Of a stretch of 64,000 nucleotides of DNA, positions 10,001 through 18,017 are shown piece by piece (position 1 is the stretch's first letter; each line of letters starts with the position of its first letter). The stretch is taken from positions 2,669 through 66,668 of IMG/VR virus record IMGVR_UViG_3300008740_000600; one strand, given 5' to 3'. A program made the translations under genes and the position numbers. The notes under the pieces are model-generated. The model did no database searches and was not told the DNA's origin. It saw only the letters and a list, made by a program, of their open reading frames with translations. This stretch comes from a virus.

Positions 10001-10065
10001 AACGTTATGGTACTGTTTCAGGAAACGATTACACTATTCAAACAACATTTGGTTGGAAGTTTTAA
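7009..10065 (+). CDS. S8 subtilase lipoprotein with probable C-terminal beta-barrel (autotransporter-like)
   Basis: lipobox LTAC+GGGGG; catalytic VIDTG, HGHGTHVAG, NSAGN, GTSMSAP; C-terminal FGWKF. Confidence 0.88.
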   Translation: MKLTYHIKGILLGSLVFVLTACGGGGGSGPTGVTLGPGTGNSAMDILGGNIGTNIAAVDGALSTLANINGISAMVDADSGQFTTIKNGFEAIKTLKTQVDALSATDKQLLQNMDVWVEMSGCNGGQVGCGKTMSILDAINLGSKMYDRYYEPYKEFWTNGAENGKVDDSTSAFAGIKAKVEADEQLSKNDLINMINSDGADKTVTDTNYNIVIYTETSEVIIGTDLTKTVTVSEETVAYNADTVSDYWPTDFDSTTATGCNCTKTYINTTTATQTYDSYREDAVTYKRIDTVYTYSDGSVTTIPGNPEVTNTVTGTTKERNITFSNHQTVSQYVSTSNNGSGGDNNDSDDSDNTANVDYTDTDENLGTKTTGLPTNPDTFINQEFLMGYVDNGYNNAYRDQLKEIKINYAWARGWTGKDSKVGVIDTGINTSHQEFTNSIAETKDFTGYGVTDAHGHGTHVAGTIAANRDGEGMVGVAFDSKLYIVKNTHNGYGGGHFGEAMEWLKTHKVDVANISQNNNYDYRISTTGGTIYTLIDANKGIYKFNDSYIKNGHTYTTPESWLQNGYGDAVTEANTWSTYMAGSEIVVVNSAGNQGLPFAAQPGSLAPEVDANGNLKLDGRMIVVGNYRLYDGARLGNHAGTICHNVINDVCQDQYSVSDFFIRAPGYGKSASHTTNDGYAWMSGTSMSAPLVTGSIAVLHQMWPHMTGKNLVRLILETADDTYSGYSVALDGHGRLDMDAATQPVGATGIPTDGRMSGYTISSNGYTAGTNTVPSSVSSLIIETDNTSFNREWLVPIAKASVPVDTAFHDYKSYAGLVTLPVNNDFAVHLKENSMDSLAVTYDGTTVGYMKEDGQYLGRYFNGFFGIGQTETAFVQKSNNFDIADNTTLTTNVNLGYTTVDTVSNSLINKSDDLMSYGWSATTNTKLNDEWSVSGFVAQPVTVFSGSMNINAPTSRSGDNVSYTDTDWTQVAKVETDVGISAQYNKGDFNFTVGGTQRYGTVSGNDYTIQTTFGWKF

Positions 10066-10066
10066 T

Positions 10067-10495
10067 ATGTTTAAAACTCTTATGTCAAAGTTAGGACGAT
10101 ATAGAATTATCAAAGATCGCATAGGAGATGATATTTACTTGGAAAGGTATTACTTGTTTTTAAGAGACCGTAATACTTTTCCATTTAATATTTTCTTACA
10201 TAAATTTAGAAAAAGTGATCCTGATGATTTACACGACCACCCTTGGAATTATAGAACTATAGTTATTAAAGGTGGTTATTGGGAAACTACACCAGAAGGT
10301 AAATTCTGGAGAGGTGTAGGACATTATAGATTTTGTGAAGCAAGGAGTTTACACAGAATAGAACTAGAAAAAGATGTTGACTGTTGGACATTATTCATCC
10401 CAGGAAAATATAAACGTGAGTGGGGGTTTATGACAAATAACAAATGGGTTCAATGGGAAGAATATCTGTATAACAGGAAAAAAGAAAGTGCCTAA
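10067..10495 (+). CDS. cupin-fold protein
   Basis: LHDHPW...GGYWE...HRIEL...WTLF; ATG at 10067 after the upstream stop. Confidence 0.7.
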   Translation: MFKTLMSKLGRYRIIKDRIGDDIYLERYYLFLRDRNTFPFNIFLHKFRKSDPDDLHDHPWNYRTIVIKGGYWETTPEGKFWRGVGHYRFCEARSLHRIELEKDVDCWTLFIPGKYKREWGFMTNNKWVQWEEYLYNRKKESA

Positions 10496-10967
10496 TAAAA
10501 AATTTTACAGTTGGGCTGACATTGAAAAAATGTGTAACCAACTTATTAATCAACTTTATAAAGACGATTGGAAACCAGATTACATAGTAGGAATTACCAG
10601 AGGTGGTAATGTACCTGCTACTATTTTAAGTAACATGACTGGAATTAGATGCGAAGCATTAAAGGTTGCTTTACGAGATGGAGAGTCTGGTAAGTCTGGA
10701 GATAGTATTGAATGGATGGCTCAAGATGCTTTAGAAGGTAAAAAGATTTTAATAGTAGATGATATAAATGATACTGGTGCTACATTCAAATGGATTAGCA
10801 ACGACTGGAAACTTAACGGGCAAGATAATGTTCGTTTCGCTACACTAACTGAAAACTTATCAAGTGAATTTGATGGCGTTAACTATTGGTGTGATGAAGT
10901 TAACAAAGCCGAAAAAGATGTTTGGTTAGTTTACCCATGGGAAAACGTAGGTGAATATGATGGTTGA
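10488..10967 (+). CDS. purine phosphoribosyltransferase (Gpt-like)
   Basis: VGITRGG, PRPP loop ILIVDDINDTGAT, WLVYPWE. Confidence 0.88.
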   Translation: MPNKKFYSWADIEKMCNQLINQLYKDDWKPDYIVGITRGGNVPATILSNMTGIRCEALKVALRDGESGKSGDSIEWMAQDALEGKKILIVDDINDTGATFKWISNDWKLNGQDNVRFATLTENLSSEFDGVNYWCDEVNKAEKDVWLVYPWENVGEYDG

Positions 10968-11211
10968 AGAATTTAAAGAATACAAATGTACATACACAAC
11001 AAAATGGCCAATTGATGAATATGGGCGACTTGGTGGTATGTATAGTTTATCCGATTTACCAATATCTGGATATGTTGAATTAGAACGCGATGGCTTTTTG
11101 GTAAAACAAGACTCCAAACGTGGGTTATACGAGGTACGAGATGCTGAAAAGAAGTTTGTTACACGGTTGGTGGAGCAGGCCAAAGTTAAAAATATAGAAG
11201 AGGTTGAATGA
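10951..11211 (+). CDS. hypothetical protein
   Basis: ORF in operon. Confidence 0.5.
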   Translation: MNMMVEEFKEYKCTYTTKWPIDEYGRLGGMYSLSDLPISGYVELERDGFLVKQDSKRGLYEVRDAEKKFVTRLVEQAKVKNIEEVE

Positions 11212-11225
11212 TTAGGATAAATATA

Positions 11226-11255
11226 TTGACAGTCCCTAGTACTATATGTTATAAT
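11226..11255 (+). promoter_or_regulatory. sigma70-type promoter of queD-clpP operon
   Basis: TTGACA-N18-TATAAT with TG. Confidence 0.7.
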
Positions 11256-11332
11256 AGTGCTATGATAAACGAGGTCTACAAGGGATCGCCCCTCACTAAA
11301 TATTCCGCCCCCTCTAACCGGAGGATAAAAAA

Positions 11333-11821
11333 ATGAAAAGACAATGTAAATATGTCTCTACGAAGACGTATCATCAAAAGTTTCCTGTAGCATACAGGCA
11401 ATGGAGAGCAGACAGCCATTGTAATATTGTACACGGGTACGCCTTAAGTTTCCATTTTGAATTCGAATCTGATGTTCTAGATGTTAGAAATTGGGTTATG
11501 GATTTTGGTGGCTTAAGACCTTTAAAAGAATTACTTGAAGATTGGTTCGACCACACATTTTTAGTAGCACTAGATGATCCAAACTATAAAGACTTTAAAA
11601 AGTTAGGAGAATTAGGATTAGCAAAAATTACAGAAGTTGAGAAGACTGGCTGTGAAGGACTTGCTGATTGGTTATACGAATACATCAACACAATCTTCTT
11701 AAAAGATTATGGCGAACAAGATAGGATATGGTGTTGTAGAGTAGAAGTTAGAGAAACTGATAGTAATATGTCGTATAGACAAGGCCATAGAGAAGATGGC
11801 GACTTTGAATCAATACATTAA
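11333..11821 (+). CDS. queD: 6-carboxytetrahydropterin synthase (QueD/PTPS)
   Basis: HCNIVHGY, WVMDFGGL, FDHTFL, GCEGLA, EVRET. Confidence 0.88.
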   Translation: MKRQCKYVSTKTYHQKFPVAYRQWRADSHCNIVHGYALSFHFEFESDVLDVRNWVMDFGGLRPLKELLEDWFDHTFLVALDDPNYKDFKKLGELGLAKITEVEKTGCEGLADWLYEYINTIFLKDYGEQDRIWCCRVEVRETDSNMSYRQGHREDGDFESIH

Positions 11822-11836
11822 TATAGGAGATTATAA

Positions 11837-12436
11837 ATGGCATTAATACCAATAGTTATTGAACAGACAGCAAAAGGTGAACGTAGTTACGACATATACA
11901 GTAGACTACTTAAAGATCGTATAATAATGTTAAGTGGTGTTGTAGAAGAAAATATGGCAAATGCTGTCGTGGCTCAAATGTTATTTTTAGAAAGCCAAGA
12001 CCCTAAAGGTTTAATTACAATTTATGTAAATTCACCAGGAGGTTCTGTTACGGCAGGTATGAGCATTTATGACACTATGACATTTATTAAACCTGAGATA
12101 TCAACAGTAGTAATGGGCCAGGCTTGTTCAATGGGTTCATTATTAGCAAGTGCTGGAACAAAAGGTAAACGTTATGTATTACCTAACTCAAGACATATGA
12201 TTCATCAACCTTTAGGAAGTGCTAAAGGTCAAGCAACTGATGTTGAGATACAAGCTAATGAGTTATTACGTTGGAAGAAAGTATTAACAGAAATTTATGT
12301 TAAAACTACAGGCAAGGATTATAAAACATTAGAGTCTGATATGGAACGAGATAACTTTTTAACAGCCGACGAAGCCGTTGCTTATGGACTTGCTGATAAA
12401 ATCGTAGAGGAGAGAAAAGACGATGAAGGATCCTAA
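11837..12436 (+). CDS. clpP: ATP-dependent Clp protease proteolytic subunit
   Basis: [36 protein letters not shown]. Confidence 0.96.
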   Translation: MALIPIVIEQTAKGERSYDIYSRLLKDRIIMLSGVVEENMANAVVAQMLFLESQDPKGLITIYVNSPGGSVTAGMSIYDTMTFIKPEISTVVMGQACSMGSLLASAGTKGKRYVLPNSRHMIHQPLGSAKGQATDVEIQANELLRWKKVLTEIYVKTTGKDYKTLESDMERDNFLTADEAVAYGLADKIVEERKDDEGS

Positions 12437-12608
12437 AATTTCAAAATTAGTAAAAGAGCTAAAAGAAGTTGTAGTTAACTTAAACAAAGTTAATGAAAAT
12501 CTGAGAAGTGAAGGTTGTTATTTTAGAATTGATATGGACGACAAAGCAGTTTATTCAATTCAGAACTTTACACAATCAGTAAAGTATGACGAGGAACTAA
12601 ATGAATAA
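12423..12608 (+). CDS. hypothetical protein
   Basis: GGAG RBS, overlap coupling. Confidence 0.5.
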   Translation: MKDPKISKLVKELKEVVVNLNKVNENLRSEGCYFRIDMDDKAVYSIQNFTQSVKYDEELNE

Positions 12609-12828
12609 AGAGCTAGGATATCGAATGCTAGTAAAAAAATTAACAACACAACCTAAAGATACGAGCAAAGGACACTTTTACGTTAGTTTAGTTAAAAGTG
12701 TTTTTAGAATAATAACAGCTATATTATTAATATATGTTGGTTGGCAATATAGTTTCTTTTGGTTACAAGTAGCTGGTGGTACATTATTAATTGCTGAAGC
12801 ATTAGGAATAGTAGAGGAGTTAGTATGA
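12601..12828 (+). CDS. small membrane protein
   Basis: HFYVSLVKS...AEALGIVEELV; two TM segments. Confidence 0.6.
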   Translation: MNKELGYRMLVKKLTTQPKDTSKGHFYVSLVKSVFRIITAILLIYVGWQYSFFWLQVAGGTLLIAEALGIVEELV

Positions 12829-13700
12829 AATTAAGATATTCTGAAGCATTCTATAGTATACAAGGAGAAGGACGTTATGTAGGAGTACCTAGTGTATTTT
12901 TAAGAACGTTTGGATGTAATTTTAGATGTAAATTATTTGGTCGTGATAAATCAGAATCATATCCAGGGTTAAATAATGCTAATCCGGAAGTTGAAGCTAT
13001 TATTAATAATATAGATCAATATAACGAATTTAAAGAACTTCCTATAGTACATACAGGTTGTGATACTTATGCTTCGATATATCCGCAGTTTAAAAGATTT
13101 ATGAAAGACGATAATATTGATGGTGTAGTAGATTACTTACTATCATTAACACCGAATGGTAAATGGATGTTAGACAATGGTCAAGATATTCATTTAATAT
13201 TTACAGGTGGTGAGCCGTTGTTAGGGTGGCAACGAGCTTATATAGACTTACTGGAACACCCTAAAATGAAAGGACTAAAGAATGTTACATTTGAAACAAA
13301 TACCACACAGGCTCTTAGACCTGAGTTTAGAGAGTATCTCGAGTCTCAAAGAAAGTTTACAGTCACTTGGTCTTGCTCCCCTAAACTCTCAGTATCGGGA
13401 GAAAGCTGGGCAGACGCTATTAAGCCTGATATCGCTCGTTCTTATTATGACGTCCCTAGGACTAATCTTTATCTTAAATTTGTTGTCGCTGACACTGATG
13501 ACGTTGAAGAAGTTGATAGAGCTGTTAGGGAGTACCGCAACGCCGGTGTTGACTGCCCTGTCTACACTATGCCGTTGGGTGGTCGATACGATGAATATAA
13601 AGCAAATGCTCAAAGAGTGGCAAAACTGGCGATGGAAAAAGGATGGAGATACACACCTAGACTCCATGTCGACATATTCGGAAATGCCTGGGGGACTTAA
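12825..13700 (+). CDS. queE: 7-carboxy-7-deazaguanine synthase (radical SAM)
   Basis: EAFYSIQGEG, RTFGCNFRC...GCDT, TGGEP, FETN, SPKL, PRLH. Confidence 0.9.
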   Translation: MKLRYSEAFYSIQGEGRYVGVPSVFLRTFGCNFRCKLFGRDKSESYPGLNNANPEVEAIINNIDQYNEFKELPIVHTGCDTYASIYPQFKRFMKDDNIDGVVDYLLSLTPNGKWMLDNGQDIHLIFTGGEPLLGWQRAYIDLLEHPKMKGLKNVTFETNTTQALRPEFREYLESQRKFTVTWSCSPKLSVSGESWADAIKPDIARSYYDVPRTNLYLKFVVADTDDVEEVDRAVREYRNAGVDCPVYTMPLGGRYDEYKANAQRVAKLAMEKGWRYTPRLHVDIFGNAWGT

Positions 13701-13806
13701 GAATTATGAAGTACCTGTAGCAGAGATGGGCGGATTTGACGAGGATGATAACAAACTAAAACCTGTAGATCCTGCTCATGAATTTAGAAAGAAAGGAATA
13801 GTTTAA
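13684..13806 (+). CDS. small hypothetical protein
   Basis: MPGGLKNY...KKGIV fills the gap; TAATG coupling to next gene. Confidence 0.4.
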   Translation: MPGGLKNYEVPVAEMGGFDEDDNKLKPVDPAHEFRKKGIV

Positions 13807-14021
13807 TGGATATAACAAAAGGATTATATAAAGCATTAGAGTCAAAGTATACATCTGAGATTGCTGACGCTAAAGTACGTTTAGGTATATATTTTGAAAA
13901 GTCAGTTGCTATAGGAGAACATCCACAGCATACTGAAGAAATGGATAAATTGTTATCTCAAATTTCTAGTGCTGAAGATAACTTAGAAAATTTAAAAAAA
14001 CATTTTAGTGAATATAACTAG
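13806..14021 (+). CDS. hypothetical protein
   Basis: VAIGEHP motif, seen in marine T4-like phages. Confidence 0.6.
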   Translation: MDITKGLYKALESKYTSEIADAKVRLGIYFEKSVAIGEHPQHTEEMDKLLSQISSAEDNLENLKKHFSEYN

Positions 14022-14029
14022 GAGAAGAA

Positions 14030-14392
14030 ATGGAAAACCCATTTAAAAAATTGTTTGAAAAGAAACCTAAGACTAAAAAAGAACATAAGTCTGATAAAGA
14101 CCTTGCTACTGAACAGCAAAAGCCTTATGTTAATGTAGTAGGTTTTGAATTAGACAATCCAAAGAAACCAGACCAAGGTGCTTTTGAACTTGATTGGAAT
14201 GTTTACTTTGTTAATCAATTACGAAGTGAAGGATACCAAGGCGTTAAAGATGAAGATGTCGTTGACCAATGGTTTCAAAAAGTATGTAGGAACATAGCAT
14301 TAGAAACTTGGGAAAATTATGATGCTGACCCTGAAAACAGAGGAACAGTAACCAAGACTAAACGTGATGATGGTAAAACTGAGGTTAGCTAA
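14030..14392 (+). CDS. hypothetical phage protein
   Basis: GAFELDWN...VVDQWF; AGGAG RBS. Confidence 0.65.
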   Translation: MENPFKKLFEKKPKTKKEHKSDKDLATEQQKPYVNVVGFELDNPKKPDQGAFELDWNVYFVNQLRSEGYQGVKDEDVVDQWFQKVCRNIALETWENYDADPENRGTVTKTKRDDGKTEVS

Positions 14393-15378
14393 TGTTTTTT
14401 TTAAACTTCGGTGACGGCCATGCTGGAGGTGTATGTAGTGAAACAAACTACACACAGGCAAATCAAGATGGTACTTGGGTAGGCCTCGAACGTTACCCGC
14501 ATCCAACAGATTCTCAATATAGCTGGGTTAGTAGAATGGCGGAAATTTATTCTGCTAGAACAAAAAATCTTTGTAGACATAATGCTTGTATAGAAACTAT
14601 CTTAAAAGAAGTTAGAGATAATATAGATTTATATAATTTTGACGAATGCTTTTTCTTTATAGGATTACCAAATTACCAACCTAGACTATTTCCTATATAT
14701 GGCAGTTGGGGTAATGCTAAAAATAATCAATGGAGCACCCATTACAAATACTATGGCTTAGAATGTCAAATGGATGGTAACGATTTTAATAGAGAAGAAG
14801 GTCACGAACTAATTTTAAATGTTATGAGAACTGGCGGAATTAGACCTAAAGATACTACATATACACCTTATATTGATATGGGATTTAGAGGTTTTTTAAA
14901 TGTAAGAGGATTAAACCCTGACGATATTGATAATCCTCTAAATGCTTTTCATCCTGATAATCCTATATACCATAACATTGTTCACGATTGGCTAACCGAA
15001 AAAGAAAAAGAATACTTAAAAGAATGCGAAAGAATTTCAAAACTAGTTGGTACTGAAAGATATGATAATATAACCGACGATTTAATTTCAACAATAAAAC
15101 TAATGAAAAAGTCGTCACACCAATTCTTTTTTTACTTTACTGACCAAGTTCCTGGGTCAAATAATATACCCTACGATCTTCAAAGTAATGATGAAACTGA
15201 AACTGAAAAATTAGACCATCCAAACCAACATTGGTTCTGGGGAGTAAGTATGGCAAATCATTTTAATAATATGGATAATAGCAAACCAAGATTTAAAGGA
15301 TATTATAAACACGAAGACCATTTTCAATTTTCAAAATATATGAGACATAAGTTGACAGAAACAAAAAAGATGTTATAA
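14392..15378 (+). CDS. hypothetical protein, SGNH-hydrolase-like N-terminus
   Basis: FGDGHAGG resembles a GDS(H) block; TAATG coupling. Confidence 0.45.
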   Translation: MFFLNFGDGHAGGVCSETNYTQANQDGTWVGLERYPHPTDSQYSWVSRMAEIYSARTKNLCRHNACIETILKEVRDNIDLYNFDECFFFIGLPNYQPRLFPIYGSWGNAKNNQWSTHYKYYGLECQMDGNDFNREEGHELILNVMRTGGIRPKDTTYTPYIDMGFRGFLNVRGLNPDDIDNPLNAFHPDNPIYHNIVHDWLTEKEKEYLKECERISKLVGTERYDNITDDLISTIKLMKKSSHQFFFYFTDQVPGSNNIPYDLQSNDETETEKLDHPNQHWFWGVSMANHFNNMDNSKPRFKGYYKHEDHFQFSKYMRHKLTETKKML

Positions 15379-15385
15379 TAAAATT

Positions 15386-16372
15386 ATGAAATATTTAATA
15401 GTAGATACAGCAAATACATTTTTTAGGGCAAGGCACGTTGCTTTTCGTGGTGCCGACCTTGATGAAAGAATTGGATTGAGTATTCATATTACAATGAATA
15501 GTGTTAATAAAGTCTTTCGTAAATTCCAAGCAGACCATGTAGTATTTTGTTTAGAAGGTCGTAGTTGGCGTAAAGACTTTTATGAACCTTATAAGAAAAA
15601 TAGAATAGTAGCCAGACAGGCATTAACAGATAAAGAATTAAAAGAAGACAAAGCATTCTGGGAAACGTTTGACGAGCTTTGTACATTCTTAAAAGATAAA
15701 AGCAACTGTACAGTTCTTCAAAACGAAATAGCAGAAGCAGATGATTTAATTGCTAGATTTATTGATAAACACCCTAATGATGAACATTTTATTATTAGTA
15801 GTGATACAGACTTTATTCAACTAATAGCACCTAATGTTAAACAGTACAATGGTATTACAAATGAGTTACACACTATTGAAGGTATATTTGATGATAAAGA
15901 TAATAGAGTAATTGATAAGAAAACCAAAGAGCCCAAAATAGTACCAGATCCAGAGTGGCTTTTATTTGAAAAGTGTATGAGAGGTGATTCAAGTGATAAT
16001 GTGTTTAGTGCTTATCCAGGTGTCCGCAAAAAAGGTTCAAAAAATAAAGTAGGATTAGTAGAAGCATTCGACGATAAAAATCGTAAAGGATTTAATTGGA
16101 ATAACTTAATGCTACAACGTTGGGTAGATCATAACGAAGTAGAACATAGAGTTTTAGATGATTATAATCGTAATGTAACATTGGTAGATTTATCAGCACA
16201 ACCAGAAGAAATAAAAGACTTTATAGACGAAACTATAAAGGCTATAGAACCAAAAAATCATAGTATGGTTGGAGCAAAGTTTTTAAAATTTTGCGGCAAA
16301 TATGATCTACAACGAATAAGTGACAACATAGAAAGTTATGCTCACTTTCTACAGTTAGGATATAAGGAGTAA
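15386..16372 (+). CDS. rnh: T4 RNase H-like 5'-3' exonuclease
   Basis: IVDTAN, SWRK..YKKNR, EADDLIA, SSDTDFIQL, GDSSDNV. Confidence 0.9.
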   Translation: MKYLIVDTANTFFRARHVAFRGADLDERIGLSIHITMNSVNKVFRKFQADHVVFCLEGRSWRKDFYEPYKKNRIVARQALTDKELKEDKAFWETFDELCTFLKDKSNCTVLQNEIAEADDLIARFIDKHPNDEHFIISSDTDFIQLIAPNVKQYNGITNELHTIEGIFDDKDNRVIDKKTKEPKIVPDPEWLLFEKCMRGDSSDNVFSAYPGVRKKGSKNKVGLVEAFDDKNRKGFNWNNLMLQRWVDHNEVEHRVLDDYNRNVTLVDLSAQPEEIKDFIDETIKAIEPKNHSMVGAKFLKFCGKYDLQRISDNIESYAHFLQLGYKE

Positions 16373-16376
16373 AAAT

Positions 16377-16883
16377 ATGGCAATGAAATTAAAAACAATA
16401 GTTAAGAATAACTTTTGGATATTAGAAGAAGACGGTACCAAAGTTGGAACTGTAAGTAAAATAGAAAACCAAAAGCATTTTCAAGTTTTTAGTAAAACAG
16501 AAGGAACAAGACCAGTTAAACTATCATTAAGTGAAATTGTAGAAAAATGGGGCGAAGATTGTTTTAAAGAACCTGTTGAAACTAAAAAAGATACAAGTAT
16601 CACAAAAGAAGATGGTGGATATTATATGTTATTCGGATATCCATGTGCTAGTGAACCTACAAATGAAATGTATGAAGTTCAACGTAAACTTCCTTTATAT
16701 ACAAAAAACAATAAATCAAATAGTGTACATTCAGCAGGATATTATATTGTACAATACCCAAGTAACGGTTGGACAAGAAGTTTTTGCCCAAAACTAGTTA
16801 CAATAGAAAGATACCCATATCAAGGACCATTTAAGACTAAAGCAGATATGGCATTGGCACTTAAACAAAGTAGAGTTAAATGA
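16377..16883 (+). CDS. hypothetical phage protein
   Basis: SAGYY...FCPKL...GPFKT; AAGGAG RBS. Confidence 0.65.
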   Translation: MAMKLKTIVKNNFWILEEDGTKVGTVSKIENQKHFQVFSKTEGTRPVKLSLSEIVEKWGEDCFKEPVETKKDTSITKEDGGYYMLFGYPCASEPTNEMYEVQRKLPLYTKNNKSNSVHSAGYYIVQYPSNGWTRSFCPKLVTIERYPYQGPFKTKADMALALKQSRVK

Positions 16884-17107
16884 GTATCCATATAAATAAT
16901 TTTAGACAGATAGTACAAGCTAATCAACAAAAAAAGCTGTCTACGACGACCTTAGAGACCTCTAAAGCGGCGGATTTGCTACATAGTATTACAGAGCTTC
17001 AAACGAAGTTAATTGACGTACAAAGCGAATTAATAAAAGCACAAAAGAAGCTACTCGATTCCCAAGTAATTGATGTTGAAATGGACGGCGATAACTGGTC
17101 TAATTAA
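16880..17107 (+). CDS. hypothetical coiled-coil protein
   Basis: ATGA overlap. Confidence 0.55.
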   Translation: MSIHINNFRQIVQANQQKKLSTTTLETSKAADLLHSITELQTKLIDVQSELIKAQKKLLDSQVIDVEMDGDNWSN

Positions 17108-17176
17108 GTACTCATATAAAAAGGGTTATATACTCATAGAAAGAAGATAAATACTCTTATATACAGGAGTATCAAA

Positions 17177-17464
17177 GTGAGTAGACCAAAACCAGTTATA
17201 CTGTTAGAAAAAACAGACAACAAAAGCTACCAAACCGATCAGGTCTTGGCTAGTGACGGCATCTGGGCTGTGTACTATGAAGACAGACCAATTAACTTAA
17301 AGACATTCAATATGCTGGTTTCTTATCCTGGACCTAAATATAAAAAAGTAAGTTTTTCCAATCCCGGTCATGCTATTAACCTAGCAAAGAAGCTCAATCT
17401 AAAATATGCCACTGATCGTTTTACTGTAGTGAAGCTAGATCGCGGTGAGCAAGTTAAACTCTAA
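17177..17464 (+). CDS. conserved hypothetical phage protein
   Basis: MSRPKP...YPGPKYKKVSFSNPGHA; AGGAG RBS, GTG start. Confidence 0.7.
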   Translation: MSRPKPVILLEKTDNKSYQTDQVLASDGIWAVYYEDRPINLKTFNMLVSYPGPKYKKVSFSNPGHAINLAKKLNLKYATDRFTVVKLDRGEQVKL

Positions 17465-17828
17465 AAAAGCTGAAATAACTAAAGCATTGGCCTTAGAATT
17501 AAAAGGCATATCGTATGAAGATGCTATGTCACAATGGTGGCGTAATACTAGAAGTAATTCTGGTCTTCGTCTTACAGGATATGGCTTTAACGTATTTGTT
17601 AAAAAACTAAAATTAAAACGATATACAGTTTCAATAGAACAATCAATAAAGCATATTAAAAGCAACCCTAGAGTACTATTAGATTTGGATAGATACTTAA
17701 CTTGCCCATACTACTTTCCACCAAGAAAACAGGCTATTATAGTATTTGGTGAACAAGAAGCTAATATGATATCTCTATATAATGGTGATATTATGCTATA
17801 TATGAAGAATACATCTGCTTGGTATTAA
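17445..17828 (+). CDS. hypothetical phage protein
   Basis: WWRN...GLRLTGYG...LDRYLTCPYY. Confidence 0.65.
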   Translation: MSKLNSKKAEITKALALELKGISYEDAMSQWWRNTRSNSGLRLTGYGFNVFVKKLKLKRYTVSIEQSIKHIKSNPRVLLDLDRYLTCPYYFPPRKQAIIVFGEQEANMISLYNGDIMLYMKNTSAWY

Positions 17829-17956
17829 GGTATTTTCGGTCCAAAAACCGTCAAAACCAACCCAAAATCCACACCCAAAACTACCCAAAATCTAAAAAAA
17901 GATTGAAAATGTAGTAAAATCAATGGTTTATACTAGGAAAAAAGACGTCTTTTTGG

Positions 17957-17985
17957 TTGACAAATTGGATAAAAGACTGTATTAT
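17957..17985 (+). promoter_or_regulatory. sigma70-type promoter of MoxR-vWA operon
   Basis: TTGACA-N17-TATTAT. Confidence 0.65.
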
Positions 17986-18017
17986 AGTATGTATAAACTA
18001 AAACAAAAGGTAAAAAT

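Noticed and set aside
13282-13683. 174-aa ORF overlapping queE in another frame
   Set aside because: Lies within queE; only the last 40 codons (from 13684) plausibly form a gene.
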